Source: Lama guanicoe
Lineage: Eukaryota
Length of the DNA: 64,000 nt
Assembly: GCA_013239625.1 (NCBI GenBank)
Contig: MU053482.1
Location: 1,649,168-1,713,167 of the forward strand
Direction of reading: 5' to 3'
Shown in pieces: positions 37,689-49,900 of this stretch. The position numbers and the translations under genes are program-made. The first letter of the stretch is position 1; every line of letters starts with the position of its first letter. Below the pieces are notes generated by a model. It saw only the letters and a list, made by a program, of their open reading frames with translations, ran no database searches and was not told the DNA's origin.

Positions 37689-39002
37689 AACACTTTCTAA
37701 AGAGAGAGGTGTCCGCCTCACCATTGTCCACTAAGGCCTGGTCCGTTACTCTGGATTAATGCTGGCTGGTGCTGTAAGAAGGGGTGATGTGCCACTGAGA
37801 TAGCTTTCTTGTGTCCATCGGACCCAGTCCGAGGCTGCGCCTAGAGTGAGCTGGAAGTGCTCTAGACAGTAGTGCTGGCATCTGCCTGTTATGGGACCCG
37901 GAGCCCAAATAGCATCTGCTGGACATTGGTTCTTTCTCCCTCCAGGCCCGAAAGGGAGGCCCTCACCCCAGGACTCACCTCTGCTGATAATGGGCAGGGT
38001 GGCAAGGACAGTGTAGGAGTTCAGGGTGATGATGGGCAGGGGGACAGGACAGGGCCCGACCTTCAGGTGGAGCTGAGGGTTGGGACTGCCAAGGCCCCGG
38101 TGTACCTTTGCCACAGCCTCCGTCTGGCCAGGCACAGGAAGGGGCTGTCCCTGAGCCCTGTGAGCATCTGTGGAGTTTGTAGCTGAGAGCCCTGACTTCC
38201 CCGTCACCTTCCTGCCAGCTCCTCCCCACCTGGGTCCTGTACCTCTTGCCTTCTGACCCCTCCCTGCCAGCCCAGGCGAGCCTGAGCTCAGCACTCACTG
38301 CTCCTAAGCAAGACCTGCAGGCCCCAGGGAAGCCTGCTCTTGCGGGGCATGGGAAGAGCATCTGGCAGCAGGTGGGGCATCTTTGTTTAGGGGTGGGATT
38401 TAGGGAGAGCAGGAAGGAGGCCGGCTGCTGGACCTACTGTGGTGCCTGAGGCTGCGTCCGAAGGACACAGAAGTATCTAGCCCCAGTCCTTGTCCCCTCC
38501 CTTCCCAGTCATCTGTCCTCCTTCCTGTGCCTCAGGCCGGGGCCTGACCTCCAGGAAGAGAGCTGTGGCCCCAGGGATGCTCACTCCAGCTTTCCCACCT
38601 CTTGCTGCCAGGTTCCCCCTCATGCTCTTTGGTCCAGGGGGTGGGCTTAGAGGCCTCGTTGGGGCAGGGGTGTGGGGAGTCATCTGTCTTGGCACATAAG
38701 GGTGATATGAGAATGCCTGGAGTGTGAGCTCTGTACAGGGGTGGCCCGTGTGAGCGTGGAGAGAGATGGAGGAGGTGATGGTATGCGTGCATGCATGGGG
38801 TGTGTGCGTGTGTGCTGGGGAGGGGTGGTGGGGGTGGTGTGTCTGGAGTGGTGGAGGTGTGTGGTGGGCAGGGTAAGGTACCCACTGAGGTGGAAGTGCC
38901 TTGAGTACGGGGTAACAGGTCCGGGGGGTGTGCATATGTGAAGAATGTGGAGGAGTTTTGGGTACGTGTGCAATTGTGGTGTGGCGGTTTAGGTATGTGA
39001 AT

Positions 39003-39509
39003 TGTGGATGAAAATAATCAATAAACAATCAATAATAAGAATAGAAAAGAGATTTATTTGAACCAAACTGAGGACCAGCCTGGAAGCCCGATTCTCAGGT
39101 TCCTCTGAGAAACTGCTCCAGAGAAGCAGGGTTTTCGGCACTGTTTTCTATCTTGTCAGAACAGAGAACATTAAACAAGTCAGGGGTACATTTCTTTGAG
39201 ATTTCCAAAAACCTGCCCGCGCGTGCATGTCTAGCACGTGCCGTGTGGCCTTGGCGCCTGGGAGGGGAGTCTTATCAGAGGAGGACCAGCACTGGCGTCC
39301 CAGAAAGAGAGGCATTTAATCTTTATTTTTAATGTGGGCTTTCTTTACTTCTGGTCAGTGTGCCCTTTCCTTAATAATTAAAGCAGATGTGCAATGTATG
39401 TTTGATAGACCACAAACAGGCTGTTTCAGTTAGCATAAAATTCAAGTTAACTCATGTATAAGCCAGAATGACTTTCCCAAACCTCATTATGTGAAAATTT
39501 CTTTTATCA
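39003..39509 (-). mobile_element. Putative solo ERV LTR
   Basis: About 500 bp bounded by TG...CA, interrupting a GT-rich tract, with an AATAAA on the minus strand. No clean TSD found. Confidence 0.5.
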
Positions 39510-39944
39510 GGGTAGTGGGTGCGTATGAGATGTAGTTGGAGGCAAACTGTGTACCTGGAGTGTCTGAAATGATGTGTAGGGGGCAGCTGTATACACGTAA
39601 GTTTGTCTCGGTGTTGGAGGGGCTGACACGTCGTTGTACGTGTTGTGGCTTGGGACAGGGGGCGCTATGTGTGGGTCCAAACCCTGTGCATGGTAACGTG
39701 TGTGTGTTCGGGGAGCGATGGAAATGGACTAGCACACAAGTGTGCAGAGCATGGATGGAGAAGGGACAGGCGCTGGTGGGCATGACTTTCCCCCTCCAAG
39801 TCGAGGAAACTGGGACTCACGTGGGGAGACAGGCGTGATCCCATCCCTGGCAGCTCACAACCCAGGCTCGTAAGGGTTGGGGGAGAGGACTGGCCCCCCT
39901 GGTGGCCTGGTGGGTTACAGCCGGTCATGTTCAGTTCCTGAGGG

Positions 39945-40927
39945 CTACCCTACTGGAGCTGGCTCCCGTCACCCCAGGAGAATCAAGGGTACAATAATGG
40001 AAAATTTTTGTAAGCCAGTTGCTAAATACATCGGTTATTAAGAATTAAACTATATACATGTAAAATTAAATAAATTGTGTTAAAAACAAAGGTGATAAAT
40101 ACTCAAAACTCACCACTTCCTAATTTTTTTTTAACTACATTTGACTACATCTGTGCTCTTGGGGTGATTTGTGTCCCTTGTGTCTGTGAGGCACTGCCAT
40201 GCACCTGTTCCCAGCTCCACATTCAGTCACATCACAAAATCGGAGTGTTTAGTGCATATAAGTCAGTAAATGCTACAAGTTAAGACTTAATTTATTCTTT
40301 CATCGATTGTCTAGACATAAGGGATGGAAAACCATTTTACGAATGCAAATTACATTTTGAAGCTGATCATGTCTGTATCTGCTTCATTGTGAAAACACAA
40401 ACTATTGAAGAAATAGTCTTCCAGTACTCAAAAACTATTAACCAGTTCAGCAAAGAAATCACTCGTATCACTGACGAACTAGTGAAGTTTTAACCCATCT
40501 ATTGTTTTTTCACCTTCATCTTACTTGTTTTGTTGTTGTAGTTTGTTTTGGGGAGAGGTAATTAGGTTTATTTATTTATTTTTAAATTATAATTATTATT
40601 ATTTTTAGTGGAGGTACTGGGGATTGAACCCAGAACCTTGTGCATGCTAAGCAGGCTTCTACCCCTGAGCTATACCCTCCCTCCTCATCTTACTTGTTAA
40701 ATGAAAATATCAACACTCATTTGTCGTTGAAACTATAGGTTGGCTTTAGACACGGCATAAAGCAAAAATCAATGAACACATTGATTTCTGGGACAATCAA
40801 CTGGCTATAAAGAATTTTTATTTGTGAGTTATATGCTCTACACCCTTTATATCAGCAAAATTTATAATCAACTTATGTATGTATGCATGCAAATGTTTCT
40901 TGGAGAGTTAAGTATTAAACACCACTG
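39945..40927. mobile_element. hAT-Tip100 DNA transposon remnant (Arthur1-like)
   Basis: Contains AAAAACAAAGGTGATAAATACTCAAAACTCACCACTTCCTAATT, recalled from Arthur1, and ends in CACCACTG. Confidence 0.6.
40530..40684 (-). mobile_element. tRNA-derived SINE (camelid Vic-1-like), nested in a DNA transposon
   Basis: Same A/B-box head and tail as the 30538 copy. TSD TCATCTTACTTGTT at 40516-40529 and 40685-40698. Confidence 0.85.
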
Positions 40928-43900
40928 TTTAAAGCTCTAAATAGGTCCTTGTTACCTACCCCTCTTAACATGTCTCCTTTACTGGGCATGGGGTGAGGGG
41001 AAAGGGGCAGGTGCAAGCTCAGAGACCCTGAGGGCAGCTTCTCAGATTGCCAGACAAGCTGCAGCTGCTCACCAGCTCCGTTGTGACCTCCTCCTGGTCC
41101 TGGGCTTTGGGGCTCACCCAGAGGCCCCATTCATTCAGCACTAGCTACCTAAGCCCCTGCTGTGTGCCAGGTGGTGGGGATTTACAAGTTGGGAGAAGAC
41201 ATGGTCCCTGCCTGCTTGGAGCTCACGGCCCAGTGGGGGAGACACCTAGTCCCAGCCCTTGAGAGTGTGGGGCAGATAGAGGGCCCCTCACCCCACTAGG
41301 AGGGGAGGGAGCCGGGGATAAAAGCAGTGGACTTGATACAGGGGCTCCTCAGCACCTGGGTGCATAGCACCCACGGGATCTCTGTTACAAACGCAGAGAC
41401 TCTCCTTTGGTGGGTCTGGGCAGTGCAGTGCCCAGGAGTCTGCTGTGTGCTTGGGGATGACGAAATAGGTGACTCCTCAGGCCACTCTGGGAGAAATACT
41501 GATCTGGGGAGAGAGGAGGATGTGTGTAGAGGCAGGGAGATGAGAAAGGTGACATTGCGCTGAGAGATCTGGAAGGAGACTTGAGGGTGGCTGGAGCACA
41601 GCAGAGGTGGGCCAGCCTGGAGGGGCAGGTAGAGAAGAGCAGGGAACAGAGGGGCAGCTCACGTAGCCCCCCGGGGGTATGGATTCTGTCCTGTGGAAAC
41701 ATCCTGGTTAGCAGAAAGGTGATGTGCTCAGACTGACTTTGGAAAGTGTGATGCTCTTGGAGTGGGGTGAACTGGAGGTCGGGAGACTGGAAGGAGCTGG
41801 AGACATGTGAGGCCTAAACCCAGAGAGAGGCATGGGGGACAGAGGGGAGGGGATCGATGGAAGGGCGTTGAAGGTCAAATCCACAGAGCTTGGGGAAGGA
41901 GAGAAGAGTTAGGGTGGCCTCTGGGTTTCTGGAGGGATTGAGTAGCTGGCAGAGCCATTCATGTTGCCAGAAGACACGGGAGGAAGAGCAGGTCTGGAGT
42001 GAGGTGAGTTCAGTTTTGGACCTGGAGAGTTGGGGGTGCTTCTGGAGGGACTCTGAGGCATTTGGAGCTCAGGGGAGCCATCAGGATGTAGTTTGGGAAC
42101 CCCAGCAGGTAGGTGGGGGGCATGGGAGTGGAAAGGTTCCCTGGGAGAACACAGAATAAGAATCTCAAAACGGGTGTCTGGATCCAGCCTTGAAGGGCCA
42201 GGAACTCAGGTGCCTGTCTTGGCCTCATTTCTGGAACAGGTGGCCCAGACACCAGGTCCCTCCACTCAAGAGAACCAGAGAGTGGGTGGGAGAAGGCTGG
42301 AGGAGCTCAGAACCTTGGGTTAGTGTGGCCGGCTGCCTTAGGTAAGAGCTGGAGGTCACAGTGCGAAGGAGTCTTGGGGCCTCAGTTCTAGCTCCAGTCC
42401 TGGCTCTGCTGCCAACTTGCTGTGTGACCTTTGGCAAATCATTACCCACTCTGGGCCTCAGCTTCTTTATTTGCAAATGGGAAGGTTGGACCAGACCGGT
42501 GACTTTCAAATGATATTTGGAGCCCCTGGGTCACCCGGAACTATCTCCAGGGAATCACTGGAGGGAAAGGGAGAGGCTGAGGGTGCGGCACTCCAGTTCC
42601 CACTCAAGCCCCAGCTTCACCCAGAACCACTTGCTTTTATATTTCCTATGTTGGCTGCCAACTAAAACCACAGGGCCAGAGGATCCCAAGTCTGAGAAGC
42701 CTTGTCAACATGGAACTGTGGAGATTGAAGGGTAATAAAGCATGATGAGAAAACTGAATATCCTCAGACAGAGGCTGTGTGATCCCCGATGCCCACTTCC
42801 ATGTAGTGCAGTCACGGTCGTGCCCAAGGTCACGCAGAACTCGGCCTAGTTGTGGGCAATTTCAGCAGTCGAGGCAGCTCAGCTTGCTCCCTTCTCCTGG
42901 ATGGTGGGTCACCAGCCTCAGCCATCAGTGCCCCCGGGGTGAGGGTCCCTGTCCCTTGATGGCCACAGGCCCTTCCGCATGGCTCCCAGGGACAACACAG
43001 TATGAGGGTGGCTGCGAAGCAGCAAGGGGCCTCCCTGTCCCTTGCTGTTCTCTGTCCACTGTTGCTATAAGAATAGAACAGATTCTCTGCACAGGATGAA
43101 GAACTCTTGGTTTCTTCCTAAAGTCTGGCTTCAGTGACGATGCCCGCCATGTGCTAGAGGCATTAGCGGGTAACCTTGGCTTCCCCTAACCCCACAGAGC
43201 TGCCCCGAGCACCCCTTTCAGCTGGGCACTGTCAAGAAACGAGAGGCGAGGCTGGGCCTAAACTGGTGTGTCAGAAGGCATGAGAGGAAATGCCCTTCCA
43301 GTGCCCCCAGGGAAAACTTGGACCTTCCAAGTCCGTGTGACCTCACATCTCCAAGAAGCCCACGCCCGGCTTCCCTCCCTCAGGGCAGGGTCCCTGAGCT
43401 GGGGAGGGCCCGCTGCATGCCCTTGGTCTGGGATCTTGCATCGAGGGAGGAGGAGGAGGTCAGCCCAGAGGGGCCAGAGATCGTGCTTGTTTGCCCCGTG
43501 CTCCTCCAGCCCAAGCTCATACCCCAGCGTATACGACCCTCCCGTTGCTGGGAAACTTATGCTGCCTCTGCCCTGACCTCCTAAGGCATCAGATCCCTGG
43601 CCTGAAGATTGCGCCTTGGAGAGTCTCCAAGGTCCCCAGGTCTCTTGCTCCCTCGGAAACAGTTTGGAGGAAATCTCAGCAGAGGTGACCTCCTCCCTGT
43701 CCCCTCCTTGACATCCTCGATGGGGCTCAGAAAGTTGCTCCAGGACCGTTGGGATGAGCCCCCTACCCCAGAGTCCCTCCCACTCCCCCGGCTTGCTCTC
43801 TCGTTTCCCAGGGGCCAGGGAGGCCACTGCAGCCTGTTGTCACTTGGCAGGGTGGTTGGCTGGGGCCGGGATGACGACTCTCGGTGTTTCCTGACAACAG

Positions 43901-46900
43901 GCTGGGGGACGCAAGCAGCAATGTGAAGCTGAAGAGAGTCGTGGAGACAGGGGGCGGTGAGACCGAGTCTGGCCAGGCCACTCCCGTGGTCGGGGTGTGG
44001 CCCTGGGCCTGGGGAGGGTCGCTGTTTGAGAGGAGGACTCAGCTTTATAAGATGACTCCGTAAGTATGGCCTGGGTGGCCGGGGCCACAGGCCCCACTGC
44101 CCCACCTGGGATGCGGGTGTGGACCAGGAGCCTCTGCAGCCACCCTGCAGCAGGCAGCGGGGGACCCCAGACAGCTGGGAGGCAGCCCGTGTCAGGGGAA
44201 CACTCTGCTTGGGTCAATGCAGAGGCGGGGAAACTAGGTCTCTGGGGAACTAAGGATCCTTGTTCCATTTCAGGGGCCTGAGGAGAACCCTCCCCAGTGT
44301 TACAGGCTACTGAGCTGGGGCCTTCCCTGGAAAGTCATGTGTGTATCAGCATGCATGTGCGTGGGTGTGCGTGCGTGTGAGGGGCTGTGGTCTCTGCCAT
44401 GGCTGCTGACTGCAAACTGGCCTTTGGCCCAAAGAAGAGCCCTCTGAACCCCGGAGCCCGGGAAGACAGGCCCATGACTTCTTTCCTAGGCATCAAAGGC
44501 TCTGACAGTGGTTTGCCTCATGGGAACCTCTGTAATGTTTTTAAAATGCATGTTCCCAGGCCTCCTAAATGTTGAGGATGAGGCCTAGGAATCTATTTTT
44601 AAAGCCCCCTGGGGGATTGTGCTGGGCAGCTGTATCTGGGTGAGGAAAGCACCGCCGGGCCATCTGACTGGGTGTGCGGAAGCCCAGGCCTCTGCCCGCA
44701 GTGCCACTGTTAGATGCCTGTGCCTGGACTCTTGGGGATGGTCTGGCCCTCCGGAATCTCACGTGAGGGGAGAACCCAACATGCTCTTCAATGACATCTT
44801 CCTGAGGCACAGAAGAGAAAGAATGGTGCATGGGGCGGGGCCTGGAGGGAGGAGGACTCGGGAAGAGGAGGACGAAGCCCCAAAGGGTGGGATTCTTGCA
44901 CCACATTCTCGCATCTGTGTGGGGCCTCCCAGGCAGGCTTGGCCCTCACAGCCCACCCGGAGCCCAGGGCACCCAGGCCCATGACAGCCCCTCCACCACC
45001 CCGGTGTGGTCCTGCGGGTGAGCCTGGCCCCTTCCGCACAGACACAAGAGAATGGAGGTTAGAGAGAGACCCAAGGGTAGTTACGGAACTTCGTCAGTGG
45101 AGTTCCTTGTTAAATGTTTATAATGCCTTTTGAAAAGTGACCTTTAAAGCTCTCCTAATTAACACGAAGGTTACTGACTTAACTGAGTCAACGTGAAGAC
45201 AACATGAAGTAACTGAGCGTTTACATGGTGGAGCTGGAGTCTGGGGTGCCCTGAGCCCTGTTTCCCGTCCGGCCTGCCCAGGGATGCGCGTTCATCTCCC
45301 CCGCCCCTGCGCACTTCCACGCCTCCTGGCCGCAGTGCATCTGAGATGCTCACTCGACCCAGTTTGCTTTGTCAATCCCCAAGCGCTGAACCTTTGGGCC
45401 CTTTCCAATTTCTTGCTATTATAAATATCACTGCTATGAATATCTCTGTACAAATTACTTTCTGAATATTTTACTGGGAAGCATTCCCCACGTGGAATCA
45501 CTGGGTCAAAGGGCGTGCACAATTTTATAGTTCTTGTCACGTATTACTAGAGAGTTCTCTGGAAATACTGAACCTGTTTACCGTGACACCAGTTATGGCT
45601 GGCTTGTCCACACAGCCCTCCAGTGTTAAGGTTTGTCGTTTTTATTTGTTTGGAGCTGTTTTATTTTGGTTTGATTTTTCCTGCCTGGTCATATCGATCG
45701 GTCTGGAGCGATGCTGTGAAGTTGTTTGAGTATGTCCTGCGTAGTGACTGGTGGAGTTGGGCATTCTCTCTGAAGGACCCCAAGAACCTGATGGGCAAGG
45801 ATTATAGTAGGATCAGTCCTGAGTCACAGAGCTGGACCAGGGCTGGGAAATGCACAGTGTTGTTTTTCTAGACTTAATCCTTCAGTCCCCAGCATCAGGG
45901 CAGTGTGCACATCAGGACCACAGTTCCACTTGCTCTGAGGCTGAGCGATGGGTGACTCACAGCCACCTGCACCCACTGGGGCCTTCTGGATATGAAGATG
46001 GCTATGTTGTGCTTGTGGCTGTGGTCGTGGGGGATGAACCCTATTTGGGCTTTGTAGTATACTTGCCTGTTGTTTGATCCTGATCACCACTGGGGAGCTG
46101 CACTGAGAGTTTGCCACTGCCTGTCAAACCAGGGCTTTGATGGTGGCCAGAGAAGCCAGCTGGGTAAGGCCAGGAATGTTTGTAAGGTCTGGGCTCTCAT
46201 GTCTTGGCTGAGGTCCAAGCGTGAGGAGTTTGGGCAGGAGGGCCTTAAGGGAACATTAACCCAAGTCAGGATCTAGGGCTGTGGGCTGCAGATAATGTTG
46301 TGAGGGCTCACTGGTGATATCAGGGACCCAAAACTGAGATGGTGAGGTTCAGGGGCAAGAAATATCCAGTGATGGAAACTGGGTGCCAAGGCTGTTATGG
46401 GCAGGGCCACAGGGCATCTGGGGATCTCAGAGCAGACAGGCCAGATGAGGGAGGAGAGTGAGTCCAGGCAGACATGGCTGGGGGGCAGCGGGATCTAGAG
46501 GAGTGTGTGAAGTTGGCAGTCACAGTGTCAAAGGACTCGGAAAATTGGAGAACAAAGAGTCAGACATGGATGTTCAAGGGTATTCTGGGTAGGATGGAGC
46601 CATAGGGCAGTTTGTGTAGCCAAGGGGGTCTTGGAGTCCCTGTCCAAGAGCCTGTCTATGTTGAAGCAGGGTGCTGGGGAGGGAGGACACAGGGCCAATT
46701 TGTGATACAGACAACAGGGCCCAGCCTCTTGGAGGGGATTTGGCAGAAGCTGGCCAGGGATCAGCACTCCAGCCAGGCACCTGAATTTGGGTCTGCAGAG
46801 GCCTGGATCATGGACATGGGGCTGAGGGTGCAGCAGGCATGTTGCTAGGGCAACAGGAAGTAGTCCTGGGCTCCAAGTTCCTCCAGGCTTTGGGCAAGAA

Positions 46901-49900
46901 ACGAATCCTGTTCCCTCTCATTCCTGGCTTGCTGCTCATGGGCCCAGGGCTTGGGTGGGGCTGTGGCAGGTGGTAACAGACAGAGGGGACATGGAAGGGG
47001 CCCCAAATGGCAATTCGACAGAGCTGAGAAGTGGTTTGGTGCAGCAGAAGCACAGATTCAGATTCAGATAACCTGGTCTGATCCTGGCACTCCATGTTAC
47101 TGTGTGATGTCAGTTTACCATCTCTGAGCCTTCACTTCCTCTTCTGTAAAATGGGAGTATTCACTTTAGGTGATTGAAGAGATTACTTTGGAAAAGAATA
47201 CACAAAAGTGCTAGCACAGGCAGATGATGCTCAACAGATGCCAGTTTCCCTCCTTTTGTCTCTTGGAGCCCCCAGAGCAGGAGCGTGTGTGTGTGTGCTC
47301 GTGCGCTCGCGCGCGCGTGTGTTTATGTGCATGTGTGGTGCAGGAGGGCCCTGGGCTGGAGAGTGGAGGTGGGGGGTGTTGCAGGCAGCATGTGTGCTGG
47401 CAAGCCCAGGACAGAGCTGGAATAGAACCTCAGGTTCTAGGTTAATCTCACCTGTGGATCATGGTGAATTTAACCCAGTGGATGCCCAAAATGGGAAGCA
47501 GCAAGTGGGTGGGTTAAATTCTGGCAACTGTCTGAGTCTCTGTTTCTGAATCTGAAAAATGGGTTTATTAACACCTCACATTCAGAGTCGAATAAGGAGT
47601 AATGATAATACATGGAAGGTGCCAGCACCCCTCCTGCACAGAGTAGGTCCATTCCTGTGTGATAGTGTGCTTTCTGTGGCTGCTGACTCCTGCTTACCTC
47701 AGAATCTGCTCACCATGAGGGGTTTCTCTCCGTGACCCCAGGGTCCAGCTTGGGTTTGATAGACACGGAATGGGGCCCGGGCATGGTGGTTAGCGCTCTG
47801 GCTGGTTCGGTCTGTGGCTAATATGTCATCCCAGCATCAGCCTAGGAGAGAGGATGCAGCTGGAAGTTGCCCTGAGGCCCCTGGGACCTGAGCGGGGCAG
47901 GACCATGTCAATTCCCCGATTTCTCATTGTTGCTAAGAGATTCAAGGCTAAACACTCAGCCTGGCCATAAATACTCACCCCATATCCCCCTTCCCCCCAT
48001 TCATTCCATTCTCAACACCACCCACCACAATGCTCTCTCCTACCTCCTGTGTCTCCCTCACCCCCTTTTCATTAAACCTTTCTCCAGCCTCAAGTGTGGG
48101 CTCTGCTGCAAAGTCCTGCCTGACCCCTGGCCAGATTGCGTTGCCCTCCCCTGTGCCCCTGTAGCTCTGGACCCAATTGCTGGCTGACTTCTTTCTGCAT
48201 GGGATTATCTTTTGTTGTGTCTGCATCCACCTGTGTCCCCCACTGCCCTGAGACCCTCACAGGCCGGCTCCATGTCTTACTCATCTCCAAGCCCCAGGGA
48301 CAAACAGGGCCGGGTACAGAGCGAGCCTCAATGCCGGGACGCACAGAGCCAGCCTATAGCATCACTCAACGATTTGGGGCAGGAAAGGTCTGAGTTTCTG
48401 TTCTCCCATTAAGTCCTGCTATAGAAACCAAAAAGGGGGGATGACATCCCAGACTGTCAAACCGCAGAAGAATGGCTGAGCTGGTAACGGCCAGAAGAGA
48501 TCATTTGTGTTAATCCTTTATCTCTGAACTGTTGGACTGAGGCCCACAAAGGGGAAGACCCAGCCCCAGATCACTCAGCAGCGAGAAGTTGTGACTGGTG
48601 TTCAGACTCCCAGTGTACTTTCTGCTTTGCGGAACTGTTCTTTGCTTTGCTTTCTTCTACACAAACCACCTGCTAAAGTAGCCTCAATTACTTACACTGA
48701 AAATCAGCCCGAAGCTCACAGCTCTGGAACGTTTCCCTCTGCCCGTTCCAGATAACCACAGGCACACTTCATTTTACACTGTTGTCACAATTTTGTACTC
48801 CCAGTTTCTTATTTAGTACTTTTTGTAATTAACATTTAAATTAAGTTCTTACAGAGAATGGGGTATATTTCTGGGTTGCTTATTTTCTTCCATTGAAGAT
48901 TCATGTCCCTCAACACAGTGTTTTAGTTGTTGTCACTTTAATATATTTTAATATCCAGTGGGACTGCCCCTCTCATCAGCCATCATCGTCAGAATGTCCT
49001 TTGCTTTCCTTACTTGTTTTTTTTTCCTCCAGATAATTTTTACCTGGGTTTTCTAAAGGAATCAAGGGCGGGGAAATAGTTTATCCCAGGCTGCCCTGAT
49101 CTTGGGCGTCGACACAGGTCAGTTGAGTTGGGCACTCTTAACTCATGGCTCTGAAAATGGAAAAGAGGCCCACTGATTGGGTGAAATAGGCATAAAAAGA
49201 AGTAGTGGTCCCAGGTCCCTGACCACCCCCTCCCTCACCAGTGCCCTAACCTGCCGTCCCAGGATGCAGGGAAGGGTGCCCACACAGTGTGGGCGTGCTC
49301 TCTCAGGATGGATGCAGCTGGTGCTGGTGATCGCTCAGTGACTGAGGGTTTGCCTGAGACCAGGAGCTTCTGGGCAGCTTCCCATGTAGGTGGGAAGTCT
49401 GGGGAGCATGCCCCTCCCACACGTCCTCTGAACATGCACCACCAGCCCTGCAACCTTCCCACCTCCCCAGCAAGGGCACAAGCTTCCCGCCAGGTCTGTC
49501 TCCATCCCTAGATCTGTTTGCTTTGGTGCAAGAGTCAGCCTCTCGCTGCCCAGTCTCCCCAAGTTGTTAACTCAAAAACACCACCTCACCTGTAATTAGT
49601 TCATTTACTCCTAAAAGCCCTCACTTTTGAGGTACTGAGTGGACACCTAATTGAATCATTGACCCAACTGCTTTGTGAGATGAAATTTAGGACCACTGTT
49701 GATTGACACTAGCCGGCAAGGCAAAGTGACGCCTTTGCCTTTCTTGACATGGAAGCCTGGTTCACAAACTGTCTTGGCGTGTGCCTTCCCTCCCTTAAAT
49801 CATCACCTAAGGGAACCTTAAGAAATCCCTGCATGTTATCAAGTGTCAGAATCCCCTTCGAATTTTGCCTTGAACTAAATGAAGTCTAATTTAGGAAGAA

